64,000 bases of DNA from Heterodontus francisci (lineage: Eukaryota): assembly GCF_036365525.1 (NCBI RefSeq), contig NC_090410.1, positions 9,088,861 to 9,152,860 on the forward strand, read 5' to 3'. This document shows, one piece after another, positions 1 through 12,589 of this stretch. A program made the position numbers and the translations under genes. Below the pieces are notes generated by a model. That model searched no databases and had not been told where the DNA came from. It saw only the letters and a program-made list of their open reading frames with translations. How positions within the stretch are numbered: the first letter of the stretch is position 1; every line of letters begins with the position of its first letter.

Positions 1-1943
1 CTGGTCAATGGTAGCCCCTAGGATGTTGATAGTGGGGGATTCAGTGATGGTAATGCCATTGAATATCATGGGGAGATGGTTAGATTCTCTCTTGTTGGAG
101 ATGGTCATTGCCTTGCAGTTGTGTGGCGCGTATGTTACTTGCCACTTATCAGCCCAAGCCTGGATATTGTCCAGGTCTTGCTGCATTTCTACACGGACTG
201 CTTCAGTATCTGAGGAGTCACGAATGGTGCTGAACATTGTGCAATCATCAGCGAACATCCCCACTTCTCACCTTATGATTGAAGGTAGGTCATTGATGAA
301 GCAGCTGAAGATGGTTGGGCCTCGGACACTACCCTGAGGAACTCCTGCAGTGATGTCCTGGAGCTCAGATGATTGACCTCCAACAACCACAACCATCTTC
401 CTTTGCGCCAGGTATGACTCCAGCCAGTGGAGGGTTTTCCCCCCGATTCCCATTGACCTCAGTTTTGCTAGGGCTCCTTGATGCCATACTCGATCAAATG
501 TTGCCTTGATGTCAAGGGCAGTCACTCACCTCACCTCTTGAGTTCAGCTCTTTTGTCCATGTTTGAACCAAGGCTGTAATGAGTTCAGGAGCTGAGTGGC
601 CCTGGCGGAACCCAAACTGAGCGTCAGTGAGGAGGTTATTGCTAAGCAAGTGCCGCTTGATGGCACTGTTGATGACACCTTCCATCACTTTACTGATGAT
701 TGAGAGTAGACTGATGGGGTGGTAATTGTGTATAGGACATACCTGGACAATTTTCCACATTGCAGGGTAGATGCCAGTGTTGTAGCTGTACTGGAACAGC
801 TTGGCTAGGGGCATGGCAGGTTCTGGAGCACAGGTCTTCAGTACTATTGCCGGAATATTGTCAGGGCCCATAGCTTTTGCAGTATCCAGTGCCTTCAGCC
901 GTTTCTTGATATCACGCGGAGTGAATCGAATTGGCTGAAGTCTGGCATCTGTGATGCTGGGAACTTCAGGAAGAGGCCGAGATGGATCATCAACTCGGCA
1001 CTTCTGGCTGAAGATTGTTGCAAATGCTTCAGCCTGATCTTTCGCACTGATGTGCTGGGCTCGCCAATCATTGAGGATGGGGATATTTGTGGAGCCACCT
1101 CCTCCAGTTAGTTGTTTAATTGTCCACCACCATTCACAGCTGGATGTGGCAGGACTGCAGAGCTTAAATCTGATCTGTTGGTTATGGGATCGCTTAGCTC
1201 TGTCTATCGCATGCTGCTTACGCAGTTTGGCACGCAGATAGTCCTGTGTTGTAGCTTCACCAGGTTGACACCTCATTTTAAGGTATGCCTGGTGCTGCTC
1301 CTGGAATGCCCTCCTGCACTCTTCATTGAACCAGGGTTGATCTCCTGGCTTGAAGGTAATGGTAGAGTGGGGGACATGCCGGGTCATGAGGTTACAGATT
1401 GTGGTTGAGTGCAATTCTGCTGCTGCTGATGGTTCACAGCGCCTCATGGATGCCCAGTTTTTTGCATTGCTAGATCTGTTCAAAACCTATCCCGTTTAGC
1501 ACGGTGGTAGTGCCACACAGCACAATGGACGGTATTCTCAATGTGAAGGCGGGACTTCGTCTCCACAAGGACTGTGCGGTGGTCACTCCTACCAATACAG
1601 TCATGGACAGAAGCATCTGCGGCAGGCAGATTGGTGAGGACGAGGTCAAGTATGTTTTTCCCTCGTATTGGTTCCCTCGCCACCTGCCGCAGACTCAGTC
1701 TGGCAGCTATGTCCTTAAGGACTCGGCCAGCTCGGTCAGTAGTGGTGCTACCGAGCCACTCTTGGTGAAGGACATTGAAGTCCCCCACCCAGAGTACATT
1801 TTGTGCCCTTGCCACCCTCATTGCTTCCTCCAAGTGGTGTTCAACATGGAGGAGTACTGAGTCATCAGCTGAGGGAGGGCGGTAGGTGATAATCAGTAGG
1901 AGGTTACCTTGCCCATGTTTGACCTGATGCCATGAGACTTCAT
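1..1943 (-). mobile_element. CR1/L2-group LINE, 5'-truncated degenerate copy of the tRNA-headed family at 56445-59671 (APE C-terminus + RT); continues left of the window
   Basis: ORFs 1480-2004, 512-1483 and 268-525 give VGDFN, LDLVLTN, SDHRTV (APE) and KAMGPDNIP, QFGFRQGHS, LDIKATFD, GVPQGSV (RT). Nearly collinear with 57075-59030. Frameshifted. Confidence 0.93.
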
Positions 1944-2130
1944 TTAAACAGTATACAGTTTTTCTATTAATATCGCACCGATCAAAAATCCAAAACCACT
2001 TCACATACTATCAATTACTATAAACTGCATTCATTATTCTGGAGGGCATTTCTGTGCACAGCAAGATCCCACAAATAGCAATGAGCTGAATAACGTAGTC
2101 ACTACTTTTGTTGGGGGGGGTCTGTTAAGG

Positions 2131-2448
2131 CAGTGATTAACAAACCTTTTTGGTTGAAAGACCCCTTTTCAAATAGATTAGTATTCACTGACACCCCATT
2201 TAAATTATAATGCCGCACAATAATGAGAATACTGCACACAAACATGATTTTAATAAAGCTTTTGAGAAAGCAAGTATTTACCTTGTGCTGTTCTCTGCAC
2301 TCCTCCTAGCACACTGCCCTAAGTGAGAGTGCCAGCCCACTCTATGCTGCACATATGGCAGCCAGACTCCACACCCACCTTCGCGGACCTCCCTGCAAAG
2401 TCTCTCCGGAGTCCCAAGGGTCCATGGACCCCAGTTTGAGGGCCAATG
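2131..2448. mobile_element. Non-autonomous hAT (Charlie/MER5-like) MITE
   Basis: Imperfect terminal inverted repeats CAGTGATTAACAAAC ... GTTTGAGGGCCAATG. Both ends are shared with 40467-40973. Degenerate 8-bp flanks tgttaagg / ggtcaaga. Confidence 0.6.
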
Positions 2449-3382
2449 GGTCAAGAGAGGTGTCGCTTAGGACACAAGAGGAACACTGTCCCTGCTTTTC
2501 AAATAATGCAGAGCGATGTTTAATATCCACATTAACAGCACTTGGTTTGATACCTCATCTGAAGAGGAAAGGAAGGGGATTAAAAGAGGGGGGGGGGGGG
2601 GGGAGAGGGGGAAATGAGAAAGGATGTGGTTGTCAACTTATGCTGTCGGTATCCTTGAAGGTTCTTTCATTACATGAGGCTCCAACCACGGTCCCCCAAA
2701 TCACTGGTCAAACCCTCCCCAATTAAAAGCCAACACACTGTTACCCAATTGACAGACAAGAATTATCTAAACACCTTTCCCTCCCCATCTTCCATATATG
2801 TTAACTAATAAAAGTGTTCAAAGATTTTTTTTTTAAATACCCCAATAATTTCTCTCCTGAGTCGCTTGCAGCAGTATCCCAGGGATTAAACCTTGATTGC
2901 TGGAGACTGCAGGACGATCCTAGAGGATTGGCAACCTCAGAGTGAGTAGGAGAAAAGGGGATCCATCCTGTGCTTCCGGATACATTAGGACTGGGTGGAT
3001 GGGCAATGGTGGAACTCCACAAATTAATAAAGGCCGGTGATAACGGGTAAATGTGCCCTTCTCCACCAGGCAAGGAAAGGAGGCAGCGCCAGTGGCAGTA
3101 AGTCGGTGCAAGAGCCGCCCCCTTACGAATTGCACCCTCTTTTGCATGGGCCAAAAAAATGTAGAACGCGCAATCGGCCCATCCACACGGTGCAATCACC
3201 GAGCGACCCCGGCCTCGCCAATGACCACGCTATTTTCTTTGCTGCAACGGTTATATGTGTAGACTTTTTTGTTTGCACAGCCTCCTCCATCCAACCTTTC
3301 GATACGTTATTACAATGCTTTTACTTTTTTTGTGGCAAAAAAACCCCGAAAATGATGATTCAATTCAACTATCCCATCGAAA

Positions 3383-3600
3383 CTCACCTCTTTTAAAAAA
3401 AAACCCCCTCTTGACAAACTGATACACAAGCGTTGCAAGTTGCTACACTTTGAGTGACAGCTGCCTGCGCCTCGAGGCCTCCCGGGCCAACATTTCAGGC
3501 ACTTCCGGTACTCACACAAGCCCCGCCCTCCCCTCGTCGGCGCATGCGCGGTGCATTCTGCGGGTTGTAGTTTCTCTGCTGGATATTTGTAGTTTTACCA
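3383..3600 (-). promoter_or_regulatory. CpG-rich housekeeping promoter and probable first non-coding exon of an unidentified gene transcribed leftwards
   Basis: ZNF143/Staf-type ACTACAACCCGCAGAATGCA on the - strand (about 3553-3572), a second ACTACAAAT half-site near 3590, NRF1 palindrome GCGCATGCGC (3540-3549), GC box CCCCGCCC, ETS site ACCGGAAGTG (3500-3509, -), and a - strand donor GAG|GTGAGT near 3387. Confidence 0.65.
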
Positions 3601-3624
3601 CCTCACACCTGCCTGGGAGGGCAA

Positions 3625-3960
3625 TACTTGCATTCATATAGCGCCTTTCACAACCACAGGACGTCCCGAAGCACTTTACGGCCAATGCAGTGACTTTTGA
3701 AGCGCATGGGGAATGCGGCTGCCAATTTGCGCACAGCAAGCTCCCGCAAACTGCAGTGTGATGATGACCAGATCATCTGATTTTAGTGATGTGGATTGTG
3801 GGATAAATATTGGTCCAGGGCACGGGAGAGAACTCCTCTGCTCTTCTTCAAAGTAGTGCTATGGGATCTTTTACGTCCACCTGAGCAGCCAGATGGGGCC
3901 TCGGCTTAACATCTCATCTGAAAGACAGCACCTCCGGCACTGCAGCACTCCTTTAGTAGG
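3625..3960 (-). mobile_element. DeuSINE (SacSINE1/AmnSINE-like) copy
   Basis: Deu core AAAGATCCCATAGCACTAC...CCAATATTTATCCC...GCTTGCTGTGCGCAAATTGGC and L2-type tail GAAAGGCGCTATAT..ATGCAAG, read on the - strand. Confidence 0.8.
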
Positions 3961-4829
3961 TTACAGAGTAGGGGAGAGTAGATTGGTCGAGTTAGAGTCC
4001 ATAGAAAAAAGGGGTATACAGTCTGTGGCATTTGGTGATTTGGCTGGCTTCTAGCTGAATTTGGTAGTCCTGAGGCTTTTGGTTTGAAGAGGTAGATGAC
4101 TGGATTGGTGAGTCTCTTGGAGGTAGTGATGAGGATGATTTCCTCCAACAGGGTTTCTGATTGTAGCTGGAGTTGGAAAAGGTCAAATCAACAAGCAGTA
4201 TTTGAAGGTTTTAAACTGGAATGGAGAAGGGGACCCTCACTTGGGTCTGCAAGTGTCAGAGTCCAGACGCTTCTCTTCCCTGCTGCAGAAAAGCACAAGC
4301 TTAAAACCACAGATAGGGAGGGGCTTGTCACATGACAGTCACCCAGTGATTCAAACTTGGTAGCAGTGTTTCTTCTTGCTAAAAAGAACAGGCAGTTCCC
4401 TTAGACTTCCTGGGTCTTGGTTCTTGCTGGGATGAGCAGCCATTTTGTCTCCACCTCACAGGCCTTGCAATGTAGGATACAGTGTTGCCATCCTAAGCTG
4501 TCAGCAAAGACATCCTTCATCTGTTCTCTCTTAAATTTATTCAAAAAATATAAATTCAGATCTCCAGTCAGTGGATTAAAGAGAATTATCATTCAACAAA
4601 GCAAGTTGGCGTGACACATTCAAGTCCTGGAATGGAATTTGAACCCTGACCCCTTCCAACCCGAGTCCTATGACTCAGTCATGATAGAGCTACAGCTGAC
4701 ACCTAGGAAGCATGAAGTGCCATTCCTCCTCTCATCCTAGGTTGACCTTGACTTGTCTCTTTTCTGAGGTCCTCAGTAGGCCCATAGATAATTAGCTGCT
4801 GCATTTAAGGGGAACGGCAACTTTTTTTT

Positions 4830-5480
4830 TTCACCAGTGCCTTCAACGTAAAAACACACCCCAAGATGCTTCACAGGAGCATTATCAAAAAAAAATGACG
4901 CTGAGCCACACAATGAGACATTAGGTCAGATAACCAAAGGCTTGGTCAAAGAGGTAAATTTTAAAGAGTGTCTTAAAGGAGGAAAGCGAGGTGGCGAGGT
5001 TTAGGGAGGTCATTCCAGAGCTTAGGGCCTGGGCAACTGAAGGCACAGCCACCGATGGTGGAGCGATTAAAATCGGGGATGCTCAAGAGGCCAGAATTAT
5101 AGGAGCACAGATATCTCAGAGGTTGTGGGGCTGGAGGAGATTACAGAGATAGGGAGGGGGCGAGGCCATGGAGGGATCTGAAAACAAAGGTGAAACTTTT
5201 GAAATCAAGACATTGCTTGACCGGGGGCCAATGTAGGTCAGTGAGCACAGGGGTGTTGGGGAACGGGACTTGGTGCAAGTTAAGATACAGGCAGCAGAGT
5301 TTTGGAAGATCTCAAGTTTACAGAAGGTAGAATGTGCGAGACCAGGAGAGCATTGAAATAGTCAAGTCTAGAGGTAACAAAGGCGTGGATGAGGCTTACA
5401 GTAGCAGATGAGCTGAGACAGGGGCGAAGTGGGGTGATATTACGGAGGTGGAAATAGGCACTCTTAGTGATGGCATAAAT
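4830..5480 (-). mobile_element. L2-type LINE 3' fragment
   Basis: Shares CCCTCCCTATCTCTGTAATCTCCTCCAGCCCCACAACC...AAGCTCTGGAAT...CTCTTTGACCAAGC with several other copies in the window. Confidence 0.7.
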
Positions 5481-6469
5481 ATGAGAAAGCTAGATAAACA
5501 CATGAAGGAGAAAAGCCTAGAAGGTTAGGCTGATAGAGTTAGATGAGAGGAGGCTCACGTGGAGCATAAACACCGACATGGACCAGTTGAGTTGAATAGC
5601 CTGTTTCTGTGCTGTAGTTCCGATGTAGCTAATTGCAACCTCAGATATGGGTCTTTTAATGAAAAGGGAAATATACTTTAGTGAGTTAAGACTCCTAACC
5701 CAATGCCAAATGTTATTAAAAAAAACTCTGATCTTATCAATGCCTCTCAGGTTGCCTAGTTTTGGATCTTGGAGTAGTCCCTTATGTTTTCTCCGTATCC
5801 CCCTTCCAGCAGTTCCAGCCCCTCATAATCTCTGCAATCCTCCAACTCCGGACTCTGGTTCATCTCCCCAGACCCTTCACCCCAACATGGTGGCTGTGCT
5901 TTCAACTTTCTCGACCCTAATTCTTTCCCTGAACCTCTCCAATCTCTTCATCACTCCTCTTTTAAAATGCTCCTTAAATCTTACATCTTTGTCATCACCT
6001 GTCCTAGCGTCTCCTAATTTGTCACTTTGTCGCTTTTTGTCTGATTTCCACACCTGTGAAATGCGAAGGAGCTATAACAACGTAACTTGCCGTTGTAGAA
6101 GTCACATCAGGTTCTACCTCGATGCTGTCCCCACTGTTATATCAGAGGTTTTCACCTGGATATGTCTTAGATATTGATATTTGATTTTTTTTGCTACTAC
6201 CATACGAAAGGAGATCCCTTGTGACCTAAAATGATAGAATTTTACAGCATTGAAGGGGCCATTCAGCCCATCGCTCCTGTGCTAGCTCTCTAATGGAGTT
6301 GCCCACTTAATCCGATTCCCCTCCCCTATTGCCATATCCATTAAAAAATACTTTTCATGTATTTACCCTGTTTCCTTGTAGCATCTATTATGGCTTCTGC
6401 TTCGACCACAGTTCTATCAGGAGAATACAATGACATATTGACATACTTGGTCTTTCTACAGCTCTTTCC

Positions 6470-6875
6470 ACTACCTCAGGGCATCCCAGAGCACTTTACA
6501 ATGAGGTACTTTTGAAGTGTAATCCCTGTTGTAATGTAGGAAACACTGCAGCCAATTTGCACACAGACAAGTTCCCACAAACAGCAATGATCAGATAATC
6601 TGCTTTAGCTATGTTGGCTGAGTGATAAATATTGGTCGGGACACTTGGGAGCATTCCCCTCCTCTACTTTGAAATAGTACAGTGGGATCTTTTACATCTA
6701 CCTGAACAAACAGAGTTGAACCTCAGTTTAACATCTTATGTAATAGGACAACACCTCTGACAGTGCAGCACTCCCTCAATACTGTACTGGGAGTGTCAGT
6801 TTAGATGCTCAAGCACTTGGAGTGGGACATGAAGCCACAACCTTCTGACTCAGAGACTCAAGTGCTACCCACTGA
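6470..6875 (-). mobile_element. DeuSINE copy
   Basis: tRNA-like head (CAGTGGGTAGCACT...GGCTTCATGTCCCACTCCA on -), Deu core and L2-type tail. Confidence 0.78.
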
Positions 6876-7000
6876 ACTTTAATTTGCAATTTCCATTTTT
6901 ACTGTTGGCTTCTTGCTTTCCTGATGTATTTTGAAGTGTGGATCCAATGATCCCTCCCCTCAACTATATTCTATTGGCTGTATTACTACCAGAATACCCA

Positions 7001-7634
7001 TAAACTTAACTGGAGTAGTCACATGAATACTGGGATTACAAGAGCAGGTCAGAGGCTGGGAATTCTGCGGCGAGTAACTCACCTCCCCAAAGCCTGTCCA
7101 CCATCTACAAGGCACAAGTCAGGAGTGTGATGGAATACTCTCCACTTGCCTGGATGGGTGCAGTTCCAACAACACTCAGGAAGCTCAACACCATCCAGAA
7201 CAAAGCAGCCCACTTGGTTGGCACCCCATCCACCACTTTAAACATTCACTCCCTCCACCACCGACACACAGTGGCAGCAGTGTGTACCATCTACAAGATG
7301 CACTGCAGCAACTCACCAAGGCTCCTTCAACAGCACCTTCCAAACCCGCGACCTCCACCACCTAGAGGGACAAGGGCAGCAGATGCATGGGAACACCACC
7401 ACTTGCAAGTTACCCTCCAAGCCACACACCATCCTGACTTGGAACTATATCACCGTTCCTTCACTGTCGCTGGGTCAAAATCCTGGAACTCCCTAACAGC
7501 ACTGTGAGTGTACCTACAAACTACAGGAGTTCAAGAAGGTGGCTCACCACGACCTTCTCGAGGACAATTAGCGATGGGCAATAAATACCAGCCTTGCCAG
7601 CGACGCCCACATCCTGTGAATGAGTAAAAAAAAA
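7001..7634 (+). mobile_element. 3' fragment of the tRNA-headed LINE family
   Basis: ORF 7127-7507 (MEYSPLAWMGA...HSLHHRHTVAAVCTIYKMH) matches ORF 56503-57006. Ends CCCACATCCTGTGAATGAGT followed by an A-run. Confidence 0.88.
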
Positions 7635-7724
7635 TACCCACACGCCAATTGCTCCTGTACAAGGAGGAAACATGGCGCAAAGAAAAGCAAGGAAAAGTAG
7701 CCAGAATTCACAAAGAAAACACAC

Positions 7725-7730
7725 TTTAAT
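7725..7730 (-). terminator. Probable nanos2 poly(A) signal ATTAAA
   Basis: The - strand reads TGTATATTAAAGTGTGTTTTCTTTGTG: upstream UGUA, hexamer, then a GU/U-rich tract. An alternative proximal AATAAA lies at 7966-7971. Confidence 0.5.
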
Positions 7731-8030
7731 ATACAACAATGTTTCTGGGGCAAAAAAAAACACTTTGAAGACAAGTCATTTTTTTTTTACAATCTTGTAT
7801 CAAGCCACTTTCCAGTGTCCAAAATAAAAACTTTAGTAGGTCATCACCTTAAATATAAATAAACATAAAACCATCCCCCTGTTCACTGGGTGATGTCCCT
7901 CAGAACCTTGTCCTTATTTCAAACATTATTATTATTGTCATTGCTATCTACAGATATTTCTCCTTTTTATTTTACAACTGTACATTTAACAACAAGTCTT
8001 TCTTTTTTTCCTTCCCGTCTCACTCTGCTT

Positions 8031-8522
8031 TTAACGCCTTGATTTCTTCCCCACCGAGTTGCGTCCATTGTTGCGGTACAAAGACTGCTTCTCGGGGTTG
8101 AAGCCGCAATATTTCAGGGTGTGGGCAGCATCGCCTGTGGCCTTGCAGAGGGGGCAGACGTAGTTACGCAGGATGGGGCACAGCACCTTCCCGCTGTCTG
8201 CCTTTAGCACGTGCGAGGAGTAAACTTTCCGCGACTCGCCGTTGTGCTTGCAGAAGGTGCAGATGCCGGTCGTCCGCTTTGGGGGGTTGTCGCGGCCCCC
8301 GTTGTTTGCCCAGCCCCCAGCGCCCTCATCGGAGGAGGGGTCCCCGCCCACCACGAGCGGGCGGAAGGCGCCTTTGGCGGGCGAGCTGACCTTGCCAGTC
8401 TCCTGCGTGTCCATTCCAGGCCGCCAGATCTCTTTGACCTTCATCGACAGTTGCAAGTAGTCCTTCCATATATCAAAATCCTTCTGCTTTCCAGGAGGAC
8501 ATTTGGGGGTAACTCTCTCCAT
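8031..8522 (-). CDS. nanos2: Nanos homolog 2 (163 aa, single coding exon)
   Basis: ATG at 8522 in strong Kozak context (GCCATGG). NOT1-interacting motif FDIWKDYLQL. Two CCHC fingers (CTFCKHNGE..HVLK..C; CPLCKATGDAAHTLKYC). C-terminus QSLYRNNGRNSVGKK resembles NANOS2 QSLYRRSGRNSAGRR. Linkage to fbxo46 and qpctl mirrors human 19q13.32. Confidence 0.93.
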   Translation of the reverse strand: MERVTPKCPPGKQKDFDIWKDYLQLSMKVKEIWRPGMDTQETGKVSSPAKGAFRPLVVGGDPSSDEGAGGWANNGGRDNPPKRTTGICTFCKHNGESRKVYSSHVLKADSGKVLCPILRNYVCPLCKATGDAAHTLKYCGFNPEKQSLYRNNGRNSVGKKSRR

Positions 8523-9114
8523 GGCCACTTCTGTTCAGGCTGCAAACACTCTTCAGTAGAGCTTTTCACCACAAACCATTAAGAGGGGGAGGGGGTGTGT
8601 AGCACTGAAATAACAAGGGGGTGTTCCCAAGAGTATTTTAATTTTAAAGCCCAGCTTGTCATCTCTTCTGGTCCCAGGTTCCCGGACAGGTAACAAGTTT
8701 ACAGACTATTTAATTCTGCCCCCTCTCCACACACCCACAAGCCCATGACATTTCAGTATTCAACTATTATTAAACTTAACAAAATTGCCTAATTTCTTTT
8801 GGTTTGCATTGCTGCATTGAGTGAATGCAGAATGGAAAAATGAACTGCACGATTAATGTGCAATTGACTGCAGTCTTCCTATGCGCTCTGCATTGCTGGC
8901 TTGCAACTGGTTTAATCTGCAACACAGACCCAATGCCTGTTGGGCTTACACTTGTCTAGTGTCTGTTGGGAGGGGGAGGAGGGGAGAGATGCAGGTAGGG
9001 AAAGCAGTAAACAATGTAATCCCTTAAATATCTAATGAATTCTACAGAAACAAGATCCCTGTTGGACTATACCACAGATAAAAGGGTGGTTCCATTTCCC
9101 TTCAGTCAAACAAA

Positions 9115-9540
9115 AAGAAAAAAAAAACTTGCATTTATATAGCGCCTTTCACGACTACTGGACATCTCAAAGCTTTACAGCCAATGAAGTACTTTCGAAA
9201 CCTCGTTGCAGTTGTAATGCAGCTGCTAATTTGCACATAACAAGCTCCCACAAACAGCAACACGATAATGGCCATATAATCTTTTTGTGATGTTGGTTGA
9301 GGGATATATATTGGCCAGGACACTGGGGAGAACTCCCCTGCACTTCTTTGAAATAGCGCCAAGGGATCTTTTACGTCCACCTGATAGGGCAGACCTGGGT
9401 TTTAATGTCTCATCCAAAATACAACACCTCCGACAGCGCAGCACTCCCTCTGTACTGCACTGAGTGTATCAGTCTGGATTCTGTCCCCGAGTCTCTGGAA
9501 TGGGACTGGAACCCAGGAGGGGAGAATGTTCCCCACTGAT
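9115..9540 (-). mobile_element. DeuSINE copy
   Basis: Deu core and tail GAAAGGCGCTATATAAATGCAAG followed by a T-run on the - strand. Confidence 0.8.
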
Positions 9541-9769
9541 CTTCAGTTTCTCATTACTAAGGGCTCCTCCTCGGCAAACTCTTTCTACACCCTCTCTATG
9601 GCCTTGACATTCTTCCTAGTGCGGTGTTCTCAATATGTTAGCCATCAGCCATAGTAAATTAAAAGATGAGTAACAGACACCATCACTGGGCCTGTGGTCT
9701 CAACACTCGCATTCTCATGGTGTATGCGTGTGAACTTGAAATGTTTTTAGAACATAAGAACACAAGAAA

Positions 9770-10121
9770 TTGCCTCGCCCCTCCCTATCTCTGTAACCTC
9801 CTCCAGCCCCACAACCCTCCAAGATCTCTGTGCTCCTCTAATTCTGTTCTCTTGTGCATCCCTGATTTTGATCACTCCACCATTGGTGGCCGTGCCTTCA
9901 GTTGCCTAGGCCTTAAACTCTGGAATACCATCCCTACACCTCTCCATCTCCTCTCTTTCCTCCTTTAAGACTCTCCTTAAAACCTACCTCTTTGACCAAG
10001 CTTTGACCCAATGTCTCCTTTTGTGGCTTGGTGTCATACTTTGTTTTATAACGCTCCTGTGAAGCGCCTTGGGACTTTTGTTACGTTTAAAGGTGTTACA
10101 TAAATACAAGTTGTTGTTGTT
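9770..10121 (+). mobile_element. L2-type LINE 3' end
   Basis: Conserved 3' region ending AAAGGTGTTACATAAATACAAG(TTG)n. It interrupts a CR1 tail (AGAACATAAGAACACAAGAAAT ... GAAATAAGAACAGGAGTAGGCC). Confidence 0.72.
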
Positions 10122-10430
10122 GAAATAAGAACAGGAGTAGGCCATTCAGCCCCTCGAGCCTGCTCTGCCGTTCAATAAAATCATGGCTGATCTTTGACCT
10201 CAACTCCACTTTCCTACCCTATCCCTCGATTCTCTTAGTGTTCAAAAATCTCTTGATCTCAGCCTTAAATATACTCAAAGGCTGAGCATCCACAGCTCTC
10301 TGGGGTAGGAAATTCCAACGATTCACAACCCTCTGAGTGATGAAATTTCTCCTCATCTCAGACCTAAATGGCCGAACCCTTATCCTGAGATTGTGACCTC
10401 TAGCCAGGGGGGAAACAGCCCCTCAGCATT
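10122..10430 (-). mobile_element. CR1 LINE 3' fragment
   Basis: CR1-type 3' region (CTCAGAGGGTTGTGAATC...GGCTGAATGGCCTACTCCTGTT on -). Confidence 0.7.
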
Positions 10431-11264
10431 TTTCTAAGTTTGTTGGTAAATTGGTAAGATGAAAGAAAGCAGAGTGAGTGTTATTTAACAGGGCACAATA
10501 TTTCTAATGATGGTGTAACCAACAGAGTCAGAGTTGTACAGCACAGAAACAGGCCCTTCGGCCCATTGTGTCCGTGCCGGCCATCAAGCACCCATTCTAA
10601 TCCCATTTTCCAGCGTTTGGCCCGCAGCCTTGTATGCTATGGCGTCTCAAGTGCTCATCCAGGTACGTCTTAAATAATGACTTGTACAGGTTTAGCATTA
10701 CCTCTGATTTTGTACTTTATGCCTTTATATGAAAGCTTGGTTTGAAAACTTTTCTTGACAGTGCTATCAGCTTGTTCTCCTACTTACAAAGTTTTCGGCA
10801 TCAGACCCACACCTTCATCTCCACGCCTTGTTCAAATTGTACAATTTCACGTACTGGTGCACAATTCCTCCTTCTTCATGACTGTATCGCCTCACGCATC
10901 TCTGCTGTTAATTTTCATCTGACATTCATCCAGCCGATCAGCCTTGTTGCTCATGTCTTCTAGAGAATGATGCGCCCGGAATTTCTCCGGAGGAAGGGAG
11001 GAAGGGGTTTCTTCTTTCAGGGCATCCCAAAGAAATGGCGGCAGCTGGGCAAACCCCCCACTGTGTTTAACCTGACCTGCCCCTTTAAGCCTGAGGCCGG
11101 GTTATCATGGTCACAAGGACCGGCAGGAAATGACTGGCTCTCTTCCCTTTTTAAATCCAATCAAAATGTCACTTTTGGAGCACGACGGACTTATGCTGTA
11201 TAAAACTAGCCAATCTGCTGTGACGTTGCTCACTGTCAGAGGATGTTCCATTTCTTTTACGAAC

Positions 11265-11560
11265 AGGAAAGATAGACTTGCATTTAGATAGCCCAAAGCA
11301 CTCAGCAGCCAATTAAATGCAGTCGCTGCTGTAATGCAGGAAGCGCAGCTGCCAATTTGCACACAGCAAGATCCCACAAACTGCAATGTGATAATGACCA
11401 GTTAAACTGTTTTAGCAATGTTGGTTGAGGGATAAATATTGGTCAGCACTTCCTTCAAATAATGCAATAGGATCCATCTGAGAGGGCAGACAGGGCCTCA
11501 GTTTAACATCTCATCAGAAAGATGGCACCTCTGAAAGTGCAGCACTCCTTCAGCACTGCA
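11265..11560 (-). mobile_element. DeuSINE copy (partial)
   Basis: Deu core motifs and tail. Confidence 0.72.
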
Positions 11561-12089
11561 TCATCCAGCCACTGCTCATGCTATTATTCTATGTAAAGTA
11601 GAATGCATTCATCTGCTGATAAAGCATAGGTGTGGGTCCCTTTAAGGCAGCAGGGTCTAATTGATAAGTAAACACTGGATCAGTTCATTCAAAGGTTAAA
11701 TTGTATTCAGTGCTGGAGATCAGAGCCCTGGCCCTGCTTTGGGCAAGGTCAGTTAAAGCTTGTAGACTTAGTGGCTCCGCACTGTATTGTCCCTGGAGAG
11801 GTTTGCTGTACATTGTTGCTTTACATACACTTATCATGTTAAAACAAAGTTTTTTTTCCCTCTTATTTTGCATCAGCAACATTTTAATTATCTAATAATT
11901 TGAGAAGAGCGAGATTCTGGTGATTAAAAAAAATAGATAATTTGAAATAAGTAACTTGAAATTAAAAGTAGACCACTTTTTTAAGTGTGATGCAGAAGTT
12001 TGAATTTGACTCTGTGATACGTATGTAAAGTTTTGCTCAACTCTTATCTACATCGACATTTATAATGAACACAGCTATGTTAACTTGTG

Positions 12090-12425
12090 CCAGGACACCA
12101 TGTGAGAACTCCTCTTTTGGAATAGTGCCTTGGGATCTTTCACATCCACCTGAGAAAGCAGACATCCTCAGTTTAACATCTCATCCAGAAGACAGCACCT
12201 CCAACAGTACAGCACTCCTTTAGTACTGCACTGGACTGTCAGCCTAGACTTTTGTGTCCAATTTCTGGAGTGGGACTTAAAACTACAACCTTCCAACTTA
12301 GAGTCAAAGAGTGCCACAACTGAAATGGCCAAGTCATTTTACATTCTAACAGTGACTACACTTCAAAAGGTACTTCATTGGCTGTAATGCACTTTGGGAC
12401 ATATAAATGCAAGTCTTTTCTTTTG
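12090..12425. mobile_element. DeuSINE pieces: 5' half on - (12090-12330) and 3' tail on + (12340-12425)
   Basis: Head and core motifs on -; AACAGTGACTACACTTCAAAAGGTACTTCATTGGCTG...ATAAATGCAAG on +. Confidence 0.65.
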
Positions 12426-12589
12426 TCACACTGCAATTACACACTCCCCCTATGGAGGCGCTGCATCGCCATCACTGGCAGGAGGCTGTAATTGCAGCAT
12501 GAAAAGTTTACATAGGCGGTTTCCATTATAAATGTGGATATAGGAATGTAGAATCAAAATATAAAGATGTACACATCTTCGTCTAATTA

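Noticed and set aside
2281-3200. Possible coding exons of the left-facing gene (ORFs 2342-2530, 2801-3199 and 2920-3195)
   Set aside because: No recognisable protein. The apparent donor near 2280 lies inside a MITE. I could not confirm snrpd2 or any other gene.
5647-6177. 176-aa ORF
   Set aside because: Overlaps a decayed L2 3' region; low-complexity Leu/Ser/Pro translation.
12440-12485. CTCF-like CCCCCTATGGAGGCGCTG between nanos2 and the fbxo46 promoter
   Set aside because: Only a partial motif match, which cannot be supported without a PWM scan or ChIP.
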